A stretch of 64,000 bases of DNA, from positions 32,001 through 96,000 of the forward strand of contig CAVXKA010000001.1 in NCBI GenBank assembly GCA_963762255.1, written 5' to 3'. The DNA is from Candidatus Eiseniibacteriota bacterium. Lineage in GTDB: Bacteria > Eisenbacteria > RBG-16-71-46 > JABDJR01. Numbering within the stretch: the first letter of the stretch is position 1; each line of letters starts with the position of its first letter. Under the pieces are notes generated by a model that saw only the letters and a list, made by a program, of their open reading frames with translations, ran no database searches and was not told the DNA's origin. This document shows, piece after piece, positions 62,861 through 64,000 of the stretch. Position numbers and translations under genes: made by a program.

Positions 62861-64000
62861 CTACATCTCCACGGCCAGCGCCACCGCGTTGCCGCCCCCC
62901 AGACAGAGGGTGGCCATGCCCTTCTTCGCTCCGCGATCCTGCATCGCATAGAGCAGCGTGGTCAACACGCGCGCGCCGCTCGCGCCGATCGGGTGGCCGA
63001 GCGCCACCGCGCCGCCGTTCACGTTCACCCGGTTCCAATCCCAGCCGAGCTCACGGCCGTCCGCCAGCGCCTGAACGCTGAAGGCCTCGTTGGCCTCGAT
63101 CAGATCCCAGTGGTTGATGCCCACACCCATCTTCTTCATGAGCTTCTGCACCGCCACCACCGGCGCGTAGAACAGCCACTGCGGTTCGGTGCCGCCGGTC
63201 GTGTAATCCACGATGCGCGCGATCGGGGTCTTGCCCAACTCCTTCGCCCGCTTCTCGCTCATCACGACGAGCGCGCTCGCGCCGTCGTTGACGCTCGGCG
63301 CGTTGCCTGCGGTCACGGTGCCGTCCTTCTTGAAGGCCGGCTTGAGCCGTGCCAATCCTTCCAGCGTGGTGTCTTCGCGGGGACCCTCGTCGGTGTCCAC
63401 GACGAGGGCGGCCCCCTTGCGCTGCACCACCTCCACCGGGACGATCTCGGACTTGAACCTTCCTGCCTTGATCGCAGCCGACGCCTTTTGCTGGCTCCCG
63501 AGGGCGTACACGTCCTGATCTTCCCGGCTCACCTTGAACTTCTCGCCGATCAGCTCCGCCGCCACGCCCATGTGATAGTCGTTGTATACGTCGGTGAGGC
63601 CGTCGGCCACCATGCAGTCGATGAGCGTGCCGTGACCCAGCCGGTAGCCGTTGCGCGCACCGGGGAGAAGGTACGGCGCGTTCGACATGCTCTCCATGCC
63701 GCCGGCCACGAGCACGTCATGATCGCCGGCCTTGATAGCCTGTGCGGCGAGCATCACCGCCTTGAGCCCCGAGCCGCAGACCTTGTTCACGGTGAACGAC
63801 CCGATCTCGTCGGGAAGCCCGCCCCAGTGCGCGGCCTGCCGGGCGGGGTTCTGCCCCACGCCGGCCTGGAGCACGTTGCCCATGATGCACTCATCGACCT
63901 CCTTGGGATCGATGCCCGCCCGTTTCACCGCCTCGGCCACGACAAGCGCGCCGAGTCGCCCCGCGGGGAACGACGAAAGCCCGCCCATGAACTTGCCGAC
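62861..64000 (-). CDS. Acetyl-CoA C-acetyltransferase (thiolase), 5'-truncated by window
   Basis: [31 protein letters not shown]. Confidence 0.96.
   Translation of the reverse strand, partial: VGKFMGGLSSFPAGRLGALVVAEAVKRAGIDPKEVDECIMGNVLQAGVGQNPARQAAHWGGLPDEIGSFTVNKVCGSGLKAVMLAAQAIKAGDHDVLVAGGMESMSNAPYLLPGARNGYRLGHGTLIDCMVADGLTDVYNDYHMGVAAELIGEKFKVSREDQDVYALGSQQKASAAIKAGRFKSEIVPVEVVQRKGAALVVDTDEGPREDTTLEGLARLKPAFKKDGTVTAGNAPSVNDGASALVVMSEKRAKELGKTPIARIVDYTTGGTEPQWLFYAPVVAVQKLMKKMGVGINHWDLIEANEAFSVQALADGRELGWDWNRVNVNGGAVALGHPIGASGARVLTTLLYAMQDRGAKKGMATLCLGGGNAVALAVEM

Overview
GC-rich bacterial sequence that reads as three kinds of block. (1) 1-~13.4 kb: secreted Ycf48/BNR-repeat and Ig-like proteins, a radical SAM plus CoA-binding gene pair, a hemE-hemH-hemY heme operon and two tandem paralogous secreted proteins. 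This block looks monoderm/Actinomycetota-like and most long genes carry a single frameshift. (2) ~13.45-36.1 kb and ~47-64 kb: frameshift-free housekeeping DNA of an apparent diderm (ddl, ispF, ispD, radA, mlaDFE, dnaB, family-4 UDG, coaBC, rpoZ, gmk, yicC, NFACT, fbp, lat, yajQ, biotin carboxylase, methylmalonyl-CoA mutase, malic enzyme, adenosine deaminase, msrA, acyl-CoA ligase/GNAT, mce, thiolase-hbd-two acyl-CoA dehydrogenases). (3) ~36.15-47 kb: a frameshift-rich accessory segment. The best leads are: four unrelated secreted proteins that all end in the same short C-terminal tag (TWGx(I/V)KxxY), a candidate uncharacterised sorting/anchoring signal; a 26-codon leader ORF with its own promoter and RBS upstream of L-lysine 6-transaminase; a TPR/Cys-tail plus membrane polyferredoxin operon behind an IscR-type palindrome; and a probable chimeric or foreign junction near 13.4 kb. 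No rRNA, tRNA, CRISPR array, integrase or transposase was recognised. All calls come from reading motifs by eye; no searches were run.
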